64,000 nucleotides of DNA, taken from NCBI GenBank assembly GCA_002269645.1, contig NIVC01001115.1:435079-499078 (forward strand), read 5' to 3'. Below, in pieces: positions 32,001-46,562 of this stretch. The notes below the pieces were generated by a model, which saw nothing but the letters and a program-made list of their open reading frames with translations, did not search any database and was not told the origin of the DNA. The position numbers and the translations under genes are program-made. This DNA comes from Macrostomum lignano (lineage: Eukaryota). How positions within the stretch are numbered: position 1 is the first letter of the stretch; every line of letters starts with the position of its first letter.

Positions 32001-35000
32001 GTGACCAGGGGCTGTGCAGGCGGCGATCTGTGACCAGACGCCGCCAACTGCGACTAGTGGCCTGCCTGGCTACTTCAAATAACTGCTTACCAGTACGTCT
32101 CTACTACGACTACGCCTACGACTGCTCTACTACTACTCTACTAATACTTGTACTACTACTACTTCCATTACTACTACTACGAGCTACTACTGCAACTACT
32201 AGTGCTACTACTACTGATAATCTAGCCTCAACTGATCTGCAGTGCCCAGTCGCCTGTGACCAGGGGCTGTGCAGGCGGCGATCTGTGACCAGACGCCGCC
32301 AACTGCAACTAGTGGCCTGCCTGGCGACTCAATTTTCTCAGTTCTCAAAGTTCTCAGTGCTCTGTTTTAATTTAATATTTGTTCTCAATTCTACGGGCGT
32401 AAATAACTTATTTGTTGAACTTTTCAAGATGCTTATTCATACACTTCTACGCTCTAAATCTGTTTTTCTATAGCACCTAACATCTTTAATATTTTTTGTG
32501 CAAGGCTTTAAGCTGCCAATCTTTAACCAATCAGCGTGCTTCAACTCACGTTTTTAACTAATTATGCGTACACATCTTTACTCAACACTGCTCAGTGCAC
32601 CCCCAAAAGTCGCATATATATATATTGAAATTATGTTACAATAACTTCACTGCCAATATATTTGTTTTTAAACCCGAATAAATAAACCCTGACGAAGGCC
32701 CAGTCTGGGCCGAAATATCGGTTTTTTTCGAACATTCGACAACTGGTAACCTTCAATATCTTCCGAGTGCGTGGTTTGCAGTTTCAAACTGCCTTATGAA
32801 TATCTGTACCCAGGACCGGACTATTATTGAGGCTCGCCATGTTTGTCAACAAAATATCTTCGTATACGAGCTATTCTCCGCCAAAAATCTACTTGGGATA
32901 AGCAAGAGTACTATTTCTGCAGCTGAATATTTAAGACGCACGACACTACTACGACTACGGCTACGACTACGACTGTACTACTACTACTCTACTACCACTA
33001 CTACTACTACTGCAACTACTAGTGCTACTACTACTGAAAATCTAGCTTCAACTGATCCGCAGTGCCCAGTCGCCTGTGACCAGGGGCTGTGCAGGCGGCG
33101 ATCTGTGACCAGACGCCGCCAACTGCGACTAGTGGCCTGCCTGGCTACTTCAAATAACTGCTTACCAGTACGTCTCTACTACGACTACGCCTACGACTGC
33201 TCTACTACTACTCTACTAATACTTGTACTACTACTACTTCCATTACTACTACTACGAGCTACTACTGCAACTACTAGTGCTACTACTACTGATAATCTAG
33301 CTTCAACTGATCCGCAGTGCCCAGTCGCCTGTGACCAGGGGCTGTGCAGGCGGCGATCTGTGACCAGACGCCGCCAACTGCGACTAGTGGCCTGCCTGGC
33401 TACTTCAAATAACTGCTTACCAGTACGTCTCTACTACGACTACGCCTACGACTGCTCTACTACTACTCTACTAATACTTGTACTACTACTACTTCCATTA
33501 CTACTACTACGAGCTACTACTGCAACTACTAGTGCTACTACTACTGATAATCTAGCCTCAACTGATCTGCAGTGCCCAGTCGCCTGTGACCAGGGGCTGT
33601 GCAGGCGGCGATCTGTGACCAGACGCCGCCAACTGCAACTAGTGGCCTGCCTGGCGACTCAATTTTCTCAGTTCTCAAAGTTCTCAGTGCTCTGTTTTAA
33701 TTTAATATTTGTTCTCAATTCTACGGGCGTAAATAACTTATTTGTTGAACTTTTCAAGATGCTTATTCATACACTTCTACGCTCTAAATCTGTTTTTCTA
33801 TAGCACCTAACATCTTTAATATTTTTTGTGCAAGGCTTTAAGCTGCCAATCTTTAACCAATCAGCGTGCTTCAACTCACGTTTTTAACTAATTATGCGTA
33901 CACATCTTTACTCAACACTGCTCAGTGCACCCCCAAAAGTCGCATATATATATATTGAAATTATGTTACAATAACTTCACTGCCAATATATTTGTTTTTA
34001 AACCCGAATAAATAAACCCTGACGAAGGCCCAGTCTGGGCCGAAATATCGGTTTTTTTCGAACATTCGACAACTGGTAACCTTCAATATCTTCCGAGTGC
34101 GTGGTTTGCAGTTTCAAACTGCCTTATGAATATCTGTACCCAGGACCGGACTATTATTGAGGCTCGCCATGTTTGTCAACAAAATATCTTCGTATACGAG
34201 CTATTCTCCGCCAAAAATCTACTTGGGATAAGCAAGAGTACTATTTCTGCAGCTGAATATTTAAGACGCACGACACTACTACGACTACGGCTACGACTAC
34301 GACTGTACTACTACTACTCTACTACCACTACTACTACTACTGCAACTACTAGTGCTACTACTACTGAAAATCTAGCTTCAACTGATCCGCAGTGCCCAGT
34401 CGCCTGTGACCAGGGGCTGTGCAGGCGGCGATCTGTGACCAGACGCCGCCAACTGCGACTAGTGGCCTGCCTGGCTACTTCAAATAACTGCTTACCAGTA
34501 CGTCTCTACTACGACTACGCCTACGACTGCTCTACTACTACTCTACTAATACTTGTACTACTACTACTTCCATTACTACTACTACGAGCTACTACTGCAA
34601 CTACTAGTGCTACTACTACTGATAATCTAGCTTCAACTGATCCGCAGTGCCCAGTCGCCTGTGACCAGGGGCTGTGCAGGCGGCGATCTGTGACCAGACG
34701 CCGCCAACTGCGACTAGTGGCCTGCCTGGCTACTTCAAATAACTGCTTACCAGTACGTCTCTACTACGACTACGCCTACGACTGCTCTACTACTACTCTA
34801 CTAATACTTGTACTACTACTACTTCCATTACTACTACTACGAGCTACTACTGCAACTACTAGTGCTACTACTACTGATAATCTAGCCTCAACTGATCTGC
34901 AGTGCCCAGTCGCCTGTGACCAGGGGCTGTGCAGGCGGCGATCTGTGACCAGACGCCGCCAACTGCAACTAGTGGCCTGCCTGGCGACTCAATTTTCTCA

Positions 35001-38000
35001 GTTCTCAAAGTTCTCAGTGCTCTGTTTTAATTTAATATTTGTTCTCAATTCTACGGGCGTAAATAACTTATTTGTTGAACTTTTCAAGATGCTTATTCAT
35101 ACACTTCTACGCTCTAAATCTGTTTTTCTATAGCACCTAACATCTTTAATATTTTTTGTGCAAGGCTTTAAGCTGCCAATCTTTAACCAATCAGCGTGCT
35201 TCAACTCACGTTTTTAACTAATTATGCGTACACATCTTTACTCAACACTGCTCAGTGCACCCCCAAAAGTCGCATATATATATATTGAAATTATGTTACA
35301 ATAACTTCACTGCCAATATATTTGTTTTTAAACCCGAATAAATAAACCCTGACGAAGGCCCAGTCTGGGCCGAAATATCGGTTTTTTTCGAACATTCGAC
35401 AACTGGTAACCTTCAATATCTTCCGAGTGCGTGGTTTGCAGTTTCAAACTGCCTTATGAATATCTGTACCCAGGACCGGACTATTATTGAGGCTCGCCAT
35501 GTTTGTCAACAAAATATCTTCGTATACGAGCTATTCTCCGCCAAAAATCTACTTGGGATAAGCAAGAGTACTATTTCTGCAGCTGAATATTTAAGACGCA
35601 CGACACTACTACGACTACGGCTACGACTACGACTGTACTACTACTACTCTACTACCACTACTACTACTACTGCAACTACTAGTGCTACTACTACTGAAAA
35701 TCTAGCTTCAACTGATCCGCAGTGCCCAGTCGCCTGTGACCAGGGGCTGTGCAGGCGGCGATCTGTGACCAGACGCCGCCAACTGCGACTAGTGGCCTGC
35801 CTGGCTACTTCAAATAACTGCTTACCAGTACGTCTCTACTACGACTACGCCTACGACTGCTCTACTACTACTCTACTAATACTTGTACTACTACTACTTC
35901 CATTACTACTACTACGAGCTACTACTGCAACTACTAGTGCTACTACTACTGATAATCTAGCTTCAACTGATCCGCAGTGCCCAGTCGCCTGTGACCAGGG
36001 GCTGTGCAGGCGGCGATCTGTGACCAGACGCCGCCAACTGCGACTAGTGGCCTGCCTGGCTACTTCAAATAACTGCTTACCAGTACGTCTCTACTACGAC
36101 TACGCCTACGACTGCTCTACTACTACTCTACTAATACTTGTACTACTACTACTTCCATTACTACTACTACGAGCTACTACTGCAACTACTAGTGCTACTA
36201 CTACTGATAATCTAGCCTCAACTGATCTGCAGTGCCCAGTCGCCTGTGACCAGGGGCTGTGCAGGCGGCGATCTGTGACCAGACGCCGCCAACTGCAACT
36301 AGTGGCCTGCCTGGCGACTCAATTTTCTCAGTTCTCAAAGTTCTCAGTGCTCTGTTTTAATTTAATATTTGTTCTCAATTCTACGGGCGTAAATAACTTA
36401 TTTGTTGAACTTTTCAAGATGCTTATTCATACACTTCTACGCTCTAAATCTGTTTTTCTATAGCACCTAACATCTTTAATATTTTTTGTGCAAGGCTTTA
36501 AGCTGCCAATCTTTAACCAATCAGCGTGCTTCAACTCACGTTTTTAACTAATTATGCGTACACATCTTTACTCAACACTGCTCAGTGCACCCCCAAAAGT
36601 CGCATATATATATATTGAAATTATGTTACAATAACTTCACTGCCAATATATTTGTTTTTAAACCCGAATAAATAAACCCTGACGAAGGCCCAGTCTGGGC
36701 CGAAATATCGGTTTTTTTCGAACATTCGACAACTGGTAACCTTCAATATCTTCCGAGTGCGTGGTTTGCAGTTTCAAACTGCCTTATGAATATCTGTACC
36801 CAGGACCGGACTATTATTGAGGCTCGCCATGTTTGTCAACAAAATATCTTCGTATACGAGCTATTCTCCGCCAAAAATCTACTTGGGATAAGCAAGAGTA
36901 CTATTTCTGCAGCTGAATATTTAAGACGCACGACACTACTACGACTACGGCTACGACTACGACTGTACTACTACTACTCTACTACCACTACTACTACTAC
37001 TGCAACTACTAGTGCTACTACTACTGAAAATCTAGCTTCAACTGATCCGCAGTGCCCAGTCGCCTGTGACCAGGGGCTGTGCAGGCGGCGATCTGTGACC
37101 AGACGCCGCCAACTGCGACTAGTGGCCTGCCTGGCTACTTCAAATAACTGCTTACCAGTACGTCTCTACTACGACTACGCCTACGACTGCTCTACTACTA
37201 CTCTACTAATACTTGTACTACTACTACTTCCATTACTACTACTACGAGCTACTACTGCAACTACTAGTGCTACTACTACTGATAATCTAGCTTCAACTGA
37301 TCCGCAGTGCCCAGTCGCCTGTGACCAGGGGCTGTGCAGGCGGCGATCTGTGACCAGACGCCGCCAACTGCGACTAGTGGCCTGCCTGGCTACTTCAAAT
37401 AACTGCTTACCAGTACGTCTCTACTACGACTACGCCTACGACTGCTCTACTACTACTCTACTAATACTTGTACTACTACTACTTCCATTACTACTACTAC
37501 GAGCTACTACTGCAACTACTAGTGCTACTACTACTGATAATCTAGCCTCAACTGATCTGCAGTGCCCAGTCGCCTGTGACCAGGGGCTGTGCAGGCGGCG
37601 ATCTGTGACCAGACGCCGCCAACTGCAACTAGTGGCCTGCCTGGCGACTCAATTTTCTCAGTTCTCAAAGTTCTCAGTGCTCTGTTTTAATTTAATATTT
37701 GTTCTCAATTCTACGGGCGTAAATAACTTATTTGTTGAACTTTTCAAGATGCTTATTCATACACTTCTACGCTCTAAATCTGTTTTTCTATAGCACCTAA
37801 CATCTTTAATATTTTTTGTGCAAGGCTTTAAGCTGCCAATCTTTAACCAATCAGCGTGCTTCAACTCACGTTTTTAACTAATTATGCGTACACATCTTTA
37901 CTCAACACTGCTCAGTGCACCCCCAAAAGTCGCATATATATATATTGAAATTATGTTACAATAACTTCACTGCCAATATATTTGTTTTTAAACCCGAATA

Positions 38001-40993
38001 AATAAACCCTGACGAAGGCCCAGTCTGGGCCGAAATATCGGTTTTTTTCGAACATTCGACAACTGGTAACCTTCAATATCTTCCGAGTGCGTGGTTTGCA
38101 GTTTCAAACTGCCTTATGAATATCTGTACCCAGGACCGGACTATTATTGAGGCTCGCCATGTTTGTCAACAAAATATCTTCGTATACGAGCTATTCTCCG
38201 CCAAAAATCTACTTGGGATAAGCAAGAGTACTATTTCTGCAGCTGAATATTTAAGACGCACGACACTACTACGACTACGGCTACGACTACGACTGTACTA
38301 CTACTACTCTACTACCACTACTACTACTACTGCAACTACTAGTGCTACTACTACTGAAAATCTAGCTTCAACTGATCCGCAGTGCCCAGTCGCCTGTGAC
38401 CAGGGGCTGTGCAGGCGGCGATCTGTGACCAGACGCCGCCAACTGCGACTAGTGGCCTGCCTGGCTACTTCAAATAACTGCTTACCAGTACGTCTCTACT
38501 ACGACTACGCCTACGACTGCTCTACTACTACTCTACTAATACTTGTACTACTACTACTTCCATTACTACTACTACGAGCTACTACTGCAACTACTAGTGC
38601 TACTACTACTGATAATCTAGCTTCAACTGATCCGCAGTGCCCAGTCGCCTGTGACCAGGGGCTGTGCAGGCGGCGATCTGTGACCAGACGCCGCCAACTG
38701 CGACTAGTGGCCTGCCTGGCTACTTCAAATAACTGCTTACCAGTACGTCTCTACTACGACTACGCCTACGACTGCTCTACTACTACTCTACTAATACTTG
38801 TACTACTACTACTTCCATTACTACTACTACGAGCTACTACTGCAACTACTAGTGCTACTACTACTGATAATCTAGCCTCAACTGATCTGCAGTGCCCAGT
38901 CGCCTGTGACCAGGGGCTGTGCAGGCGGCGATCTGTGACCAGACGCCGCCAACTGCAACTAGTGGCCTGCCTGGCGACTCAATTTTCTCAGTTCTCAAAG
39001 TTCTCAGTGCTCTGTTTTAATTTAATATTTGTTCTCAATTCTACGGGCGTAAATAACTTATTTGTTGAACTTTTCAAGATGCTTATTCATACACTTCTAC
39101 GCTCTAAATCTGTTTTTCTATAGCACCTAACATCTTTAATATTTTTGTGCAAGGCTTTAAGCTGCCAATCTTTAACCAATCAGCGTGCTTCAACTCACGT
39201 TTTTAACTAATTATGCGTACACATCTTTACTCAACACTGCTCAGTGCACCCCCAAAAGTCGCATATATATATATTGAAATTATGTTACAATAACTTCACT
39301 GCCAATATATTTGTTTTTAAACCCGAATAAATAAACCCTGACGAAGGCCCAGTCTGGGCCGAAATATCGGTTTTTTTCGAACATTCGACAACTGGTAACC
39401 TTCAATATCTTCCGAGTGCGTGGTTTGCAGTTTCAAACTGCCTTATGAATATCTGTACCCAGGACCGGACTATTATTGAGGCTCGCCATGTTTGTCAACA
39501 AAATATCTTCGTATACGAGCTATTCTCCGCCAAAAATCTACTTGGGATAAGCAAGAGTACTATTTCTGCAGCTGAATATTTAAGACGCACGACACTACTA
39601 CGACTACGGCTACGACTACGACTGTACTACTACTACTCTACTACCACTACTACTACTACTGCAACTACTAGTGCTACTACTACTGAAAATCTAGCTTCAA
39701 CTGATCCGCAGTGCCCAGTCGCCTGTGACCAGGGGCTGTGCAGGCGGCGATCTGTGACCAGACGCCGCCAACTGCGACTAGTGGCCTGCCTGGCTACTTC
39801 AAATAACTGCTTACCAGTACGTCTCTACTACGACTACGCCTACGACTGCTCTACTACTACTCTACTAATACTTGTACTACTACTACTTCCATTACTACTA
39901 CTACGAGCTACTACTGCAACTACTAGTGCTACTACTACTGATAATCTAGCCTCAACTGATCTGCAGTGCCCAGTCGCCTGTGACCAGGGGCTGTGCAGGC
40001 GGCGATCTGTGACCAGACGCCGCCAACTGCGACTAGTGGCCTGCCTGGCTACTTCAAATAACTGCTTACCAGTACGTCTCTACTACGACTACGCCTACGA
40101 CTGCTCTACTACTACTCTACTAATACTTGTACTACTACTACTTCCATTACTACTACTACGAGCTACTACTGCAACTACTAGTGCTACTACTACTGATAAT
40201 CTAGCCTCAACTGATCTGCAGTGCCCAGTCGCCTGTGACCAGGGGCTGTGCAGGCGGCGATCTGTGACCAGACGCCGCCAACTGCGACTAGTGGCCTGCC
40301 TGGCTACTTCAAATAACTGCTTACCAGTACGTCTCTACTACGACTACGCCTACGACTGCTCTACTACTACTCTACTAATACTTGTACTACTACTACTTCC
40401 ATTACTACTACTACGAGCTACTACTGCAACTACTAGTGCTACTACTACTGATAATCTAGCCTCAACTGATCTGCAGTGCCCAGTCGCCTGTGACCAGGGG
40501 CTGTGCAGGCGGCGATCTGTGACCAGACGCCGCCAACTGCAACTAGTGGCCTGCCTGGCGACTCAATTTATTTACTGTTTATGTAATAACATCTATTTAC
40601 TTGCACTTCTTTTTGAAAAGTTCTCAGTGCTCTGTTTTAATTTAATATTTGTTCTCAATTCTACGGGCGTAAATAACTTATTTGTTGAACTTTTCAAGAT
40701 GCTTATTCATACACTTCTACGCTCTAAATCTGTTTTTCTATAGCACCTAACATCTTTAATATTTTTTGTGCAAGGCTTTAAGCTGCCAATCTTTAACCAA
40801 TCAGCGTGCTTCAACTCACGTTTTTAACTAATTATACGTACACATCTTTACTCAACACTGCTCAGTGCACCCCAAAAGTAGCATATATATATATTGAAAT
40901 TATGTTACAATAACTTCACTGCCAATATATTTGTTTTTAAACCCGAATAAATAAACCCTGACGAAGGCCCAGTCTGGGCCGAAATATCGGTTT
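26034..40993 (+). ncRNA. Hammerhead copies 2-13 (41 nt each), starting at 26034, 27364, 28694, 30024, 31354, 32684, 34014, 35344, 36674, 38004, 39333, 40953
   Basis: The same motif is present in every unit. Confidence 0.88.
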
Positions 40994-41069
40994 TTTTCGA
41001 ACATTCGACAACTGGTAACCTTCAATATCTTCCGAGTGCGTGGTTTGCAGTTTCAAACTGCCTTATGAA

Positions 41070-41460
<391 letters not shown>

Positions 41461-41764
41461 TATCTGTCTTTCATTTTGTCCTTCATTCCTGTCCCTGTCT
41501 CCCACACAGAGTCTGCTTCAATCAGCAAACGGCATTGTCAATCACTAGGCAATTCCCTCCCCCCAATACTCGGTATTGTATTATGAGAGTTGGCGCCCAG
41601 ATTTACAGCTTTTTCCGCCCCGAAATTCTGCCTCCCAATTACGGCAGCTCCATGCGGGGCCACCTGGACTGTGGGAGAACGGAGAGGCTTTTAGTCTCTG
41701 AGGAATTTTAGGGGGTAGCAGTTGCGAGAGCCTCTACTGCGCTGCACTGCCGTCTCACAAAAGT

Positions 41765-42214
<450 letters not shown>

Positions 42215-42884
42215 CCGCAGACAAGCTCCTTAGGCAATGTCTAACCACTGTGCCTGGACCAGAGCCTGCACTGATGAGCTCCTGTCTGTCTCAGACAGCC
42301 GCCCCCTCTCCAGCTCAGCCTCTTCAAAATCTTCCCCCCCCCAAAAAAAACTTTAACCGCAAGTTTTCCTTCCATCATCCATTTGGGAGCATTTTCCCCC
42401 CAGTCAGCGGCTGCATTGGCTGGCCTCTTTGCCCACCGCCCAGCCTTGTTTGGCATTCGCGTCCCGATGGGGCCTGAGGGCCTGTCTGCTCAGGACCCGC
42501 GGGGACTCCGCGGGTGCCGGCCGAGTTCAGTCCTAGTCTCCTGTCTGTTCCCATTTCTCCGCTGCTCTGGGTAGAGTTGGCGACTTCTCAAATGAAGCCA
42601 GGGCGCAACTATAGGAAAATATCCCCAGAGAGAACCCCCCTGTAAAACAGCGCATTAGCCCAACACGTGTGGAGTGTGGAAACCAGCTGATGCACTTCGG
42701 AGTCCGGCCGCAGTGCCGCACCTTCTCCGCATGCAATATTGATGGCAGCTTGTTTATAGTCACGTTAACAACATCTCAGGGGCGTGGCCCAGAGTTTTTA
42801 TTGAGACTCGTCTTTGTGGGGGGCGTCATTCTGGTGGCGTCATTCTGGTGGCGTCATTCTGGTGGCGCCTTTCTGGTAGCACCA

Positions 42885-45170
42885 AGAGGCGCCAGCACAA
42901 AGAGGCGCCAGCACAAAGAGGCGCCAGCACCAAGGGGCTTTAGCACCAAGGGGCTTTAGCACCAAGGGGCTTTAGCACCAAGGGGCTTTAGCACCAAGGG
43001 GCTTTAGCACCAAGGGGCTTTAGCACCAAGGGGCTTTAGCACCAAGGGGCTTTAGCACCAAGGGGCTTTAGCACCAAGGGGCTTTAGCACCAAGGGGCTT
43101 TAGCACCAAGGGGCTTTAGCACCAAGGGGCTTTAGCACCAAGGGGCTTTAGCACCAAGGGGCTTTAGCACCAAGGGGCTTTAGCACCAAGGGGCTTTAGC
43201 ACCAAGGGGCTTTAGCACCAAGGGGCTTTAGCACCAAGGGGCTTTAGCACCAAGGGGCTTTAGCACCAAGGGGCTTTAGCACCAAGGGGCTTTAGCACCA
43301 AGGGGCTTTAGCACCAAGGGGCTTTAGCACCAAGGGGCTTTAGCACCAAGGGGCTTTAGCACCAAGGGGCTTTAGCACCAAGGGGCTTTAGCACCAAGGG
43401 GCTTTAGCACCAAGGGGCTTTAGCACCAAGGGGCTTTAGCACCAAGGGGCTTTAGCACCAAGGGGCTTTAGCACCAAGGGGCTTTAGCACCAAGGGGCTT
43501 TAGCACCAAGGGGCTTTAGCACCAAGGGGCTTTAGCACCAAGGGGCTTTAGCACCAAGGGGCTTTAGCACCAAGGGGCTTTAGCACCAAGGGGCTTTAGC
43601 ACCAAGGGGCTTTAGCACCAAGGGGCTTTAGCACCAAGGGGCTTTAGCACCAAGGGGCTTTAGCACCAAGGGGCTTTAGCACCAAGGGGCTTTAGCACCA
43701 AGGGGCTTTAGCACCAAGGGGCTTTAGCACCAAGGGGCTTTAGCACCAAGGGGCTTTAGCACCAAGGGGCTTTAGCACCAAGGGGCTTTAGCACCAAGGG
43801 GCTTTAGCACCAAGGGGCTTTAGCACCAAGGGGCGCCAGCACCAAGGGGCGCCAGCACCAAGGGGCGCCAGCACCAAGGGGCGCCAGCACCAAGGGGCGC
43901 CAGCACCAAGGGGCGCCAGCACCAAGGGGCGCCAGCACCAAGGGGCGCCAGCACCAAGGGGCGCCAGCACCAAGGGGCGCCAGCACCAAGGGGCGCTAGC
44001 ACCAAGGGGCTTTAGCACCAAGGGGCTTTAGCACCAAGGGGCTTTAGCACCAAGGGGCTTTAGCACCAAGGGGCTTTAGCACCAAGGGGCTTTAGCACCA
44101 AGGGGCTTTAGCACCAAGGGGCTTTAGCACCAAGGGGCTTTAGCACCAAGGGGCTTTAGCACCAAGGGGCTTTAGCACCAAGGGGCTTTAGCACCAAGGG
44201 GCGCCAGCACCAAGGGGCGCCAGCACCAAGGGGCGCCAGCACCAAGGGGCGCCAGCACCAAGGGGCGCCAGCACCAAGGGGCGCCAGCACCAAGGGGCGC
44301 CAGCACCAAGGGGCGCCAGCACCAAGGGGCGCCAGCACCAAGGGGCGCCAGCACCAAGGGGCGCCAGCACCAAGGGGCGCCAGCACCAAGGGGCGCCAGC
44401 ACCAAGGGGCGCCAGCACCAAGGGGCGCCAGCACCAAGGGGCGCCAGCACCAAGGGGCGCCAGCACCAAGGGGCGCCAGCACCAAGGGGCGCCAGCACCA
44501 AGGGGCGCCAGCACCAAGGGGCGCCAGCACCAAGGGGCGCCAGCACCAAGGGGCGCCAGCACCAAGGGGCGCCAGCACCAAGGGGCGCCAGCACCAAGGG
44601 GCGCCAGCACCAAGGGGCGCCAGCACCAAGGGGCGCCAGCACCAAGGGGCGCCAGCACCAAGGGGCGCCAGCACCAAGGGGCGCCAGCACCAAGGGGCGC
44701 CAGCACCAAGGGGCTTTAGCACCAAGGGGCTTTAGCACCAAGGGGCTTTAGCACCAAGGGGCTTTAGCACCAAGGGGCTTTAGCACCAAGGGGCTTTAGC
44801 ACCAAGGGGCTTTAGCACCAAGGGGCTTTAGCACCAAGGGGCTTTAGCACCAAGGGGCTTTAGCACCAAGGGGCTTTAGCACCAAGGGGCTTTAGCACCA
44901 AGGGGCGCCAGCACCAAGGGGCGCCAGCACCAAGGGGCGCCAGCACCAAGGGGCGCCAGCACCAAGGGGCGCCAGCACCAAGGGGCGCCAGCACCAAGGG
45001 GCGCCAGCACCAAGGGGCGCCAGCACCAAGGGGCGCCAGCACCAAGGGGCGCCAGCACCAAGGGGCGCCAGCACCAAGGGGCGCCAGCACCAAGGGGCGC
45101 CAGCACCAAGGGGCGCCAACACCAAGGGGCGCCAGCACCAAGGGGCGCCAGCACCAAGGGGCGCCAGCAC
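42885..45170. repeat. 16 bp minisatellite with two variants, AGCACCAAGGGGCTTT and AGCACCAAGGGGCGCC, in alternating homogeneous blocks
   Basis: Direct reading. Confidence 0.98.
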
Positions 45171-46129
45171 TTCGGTGTCTCGAGATGCCTAGGAACTATA
45201 CGCTGCAAAATAGAAATTCTTACCTGAAATCTTGAAAACATATTCCAATTACCATGGCAGGATGGGCAAGTCAAAAAGACGCACTTGCTGGTTTAGGAGT
45301 ATCTCTGAGCTGCATGTCCTAGAAACTGTCTAATTAAAATTGAGAAAAAATACTGGCTGCTTGGAGGCGGGTAATAGCAGCGATACTAATTGTGGATTAT
45401 AAGCTTCGTCTTTTAGCTTAGCTTACTTTACCGTTTTGGATTCCCCAAGCCCTGCCAACCAGGATAGAGGAGGGGAGAGAGTTTAGGGTAGAGAATTCTC
45501 TCTCACTGGGTCAATCGCATTGGGCTGGCGCATCCGCGTACACTGCCAATCGCATGGGCTGGGGTGGGTGGGGAGGTGGCAAGTGAACGGGAGGCAGACA
45601 CAGTGCTGGAACGCCTCGAGGCTGACTGAACCATCCCTAAACTAAAGCAGATCTCCGCGTTTGCTACAATTACGCCCCGCTATAACCTCCCCCCCCCCTA
45701 GTCCATTGTATAGTAATTTCCGCTCCACCTCTGGCATGGGGTCGTGCTCGGTTAGGCTGGTACTTATTCAATGCCCCCAAGCGTGCGCGTTAGCTGGATG
45801 ACGTCATGCATTCATGGGAGCCTAACTGACCTTGCAGCTGGGCTAAACCTGCACACGCCTAGCATAGGATCATGCATGGGGAATCCAACAAGACAGAGGC
45901 TTAAGTGCATCGTTAGCTACAACTGACTGTGCGCGAAATCCCTTTTGCCTAAATTGGCTTGGCTGCATGGCACAGCTCGTCGAGTTTCTTGAAGACTTTT
46001 TACGTATTTGTTGCGTGGGCGGAGTAGTGGGCTTGTACTAATAAACTGTGTATGTACTAGGCCTAAGAAATGATAATTTGAAAACCAACTGAAAGCCACA
46101 ATAGTAGTAGTAGTAATAAGGACCCAGGG

Positions 46130-46562
46130 GACGGATGGATAATCCAGTAGAGGACCTACTAGACCTACTAATGGACGCAGGAGACGGCTGAATAATCCAG
46201 TAGAGGACCTACTAAAGAACGTTCAAGACAGCTGGATAATCCAGTTGAGGACCTACTAGACCTACTAAAGGACTCTCGAGATGGCTGGATAATCTAGTAG
46301 AGGACCTACTGAAGGACGCACCAGACAGCTGGATAATCCAGTAGAGGACCTACTGAAGGACGCACCAGACAGCTGGATAATCCAGTAGAGGACCTACTGA
46401 AGGACGCACCAGACAGCTGCATAATCCAGTAGAGGACCTACTGAAGGACGCACCAGACAGCTGGATAATCCAGTAGAGGACCTACTGAAGGACGCACCAG
46501 ACAGCTGGATAATCCAGTAGAGGACCTACTGAAAAACGCACTAGACAGCTGGATAATCCAGT
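46130..46562. repeat. 44 bp minisatellite (CAGACAGCTGGATAATCCAGTAGAGGACCTACTGAAGGACGCAC)n
   Basis: Period 44 (46321 to 46365); degenerate copies toward the left. Confidence 0.92.

Noticed and set aside
42266-42300. CTGATGAG hammerhead-like core (also CTGATGAAG at about 47623 and 47922)
   Set aside because: No downstream stem II plus GAAA, and no stem I pairing.
43788-45274. Repetitive ORFs (also 11032-11576, 13310-14270, 41722-42248, 49729-51313, 51987-52658, 56576-57559)
   Set aside because: All are translations of micro- or minisatellites.
46130-46562. CRISPR-like repeat-spacer array
   Set aside because: The intervening sequences are related to one another and most units are exact 44-mers; no cas genes.
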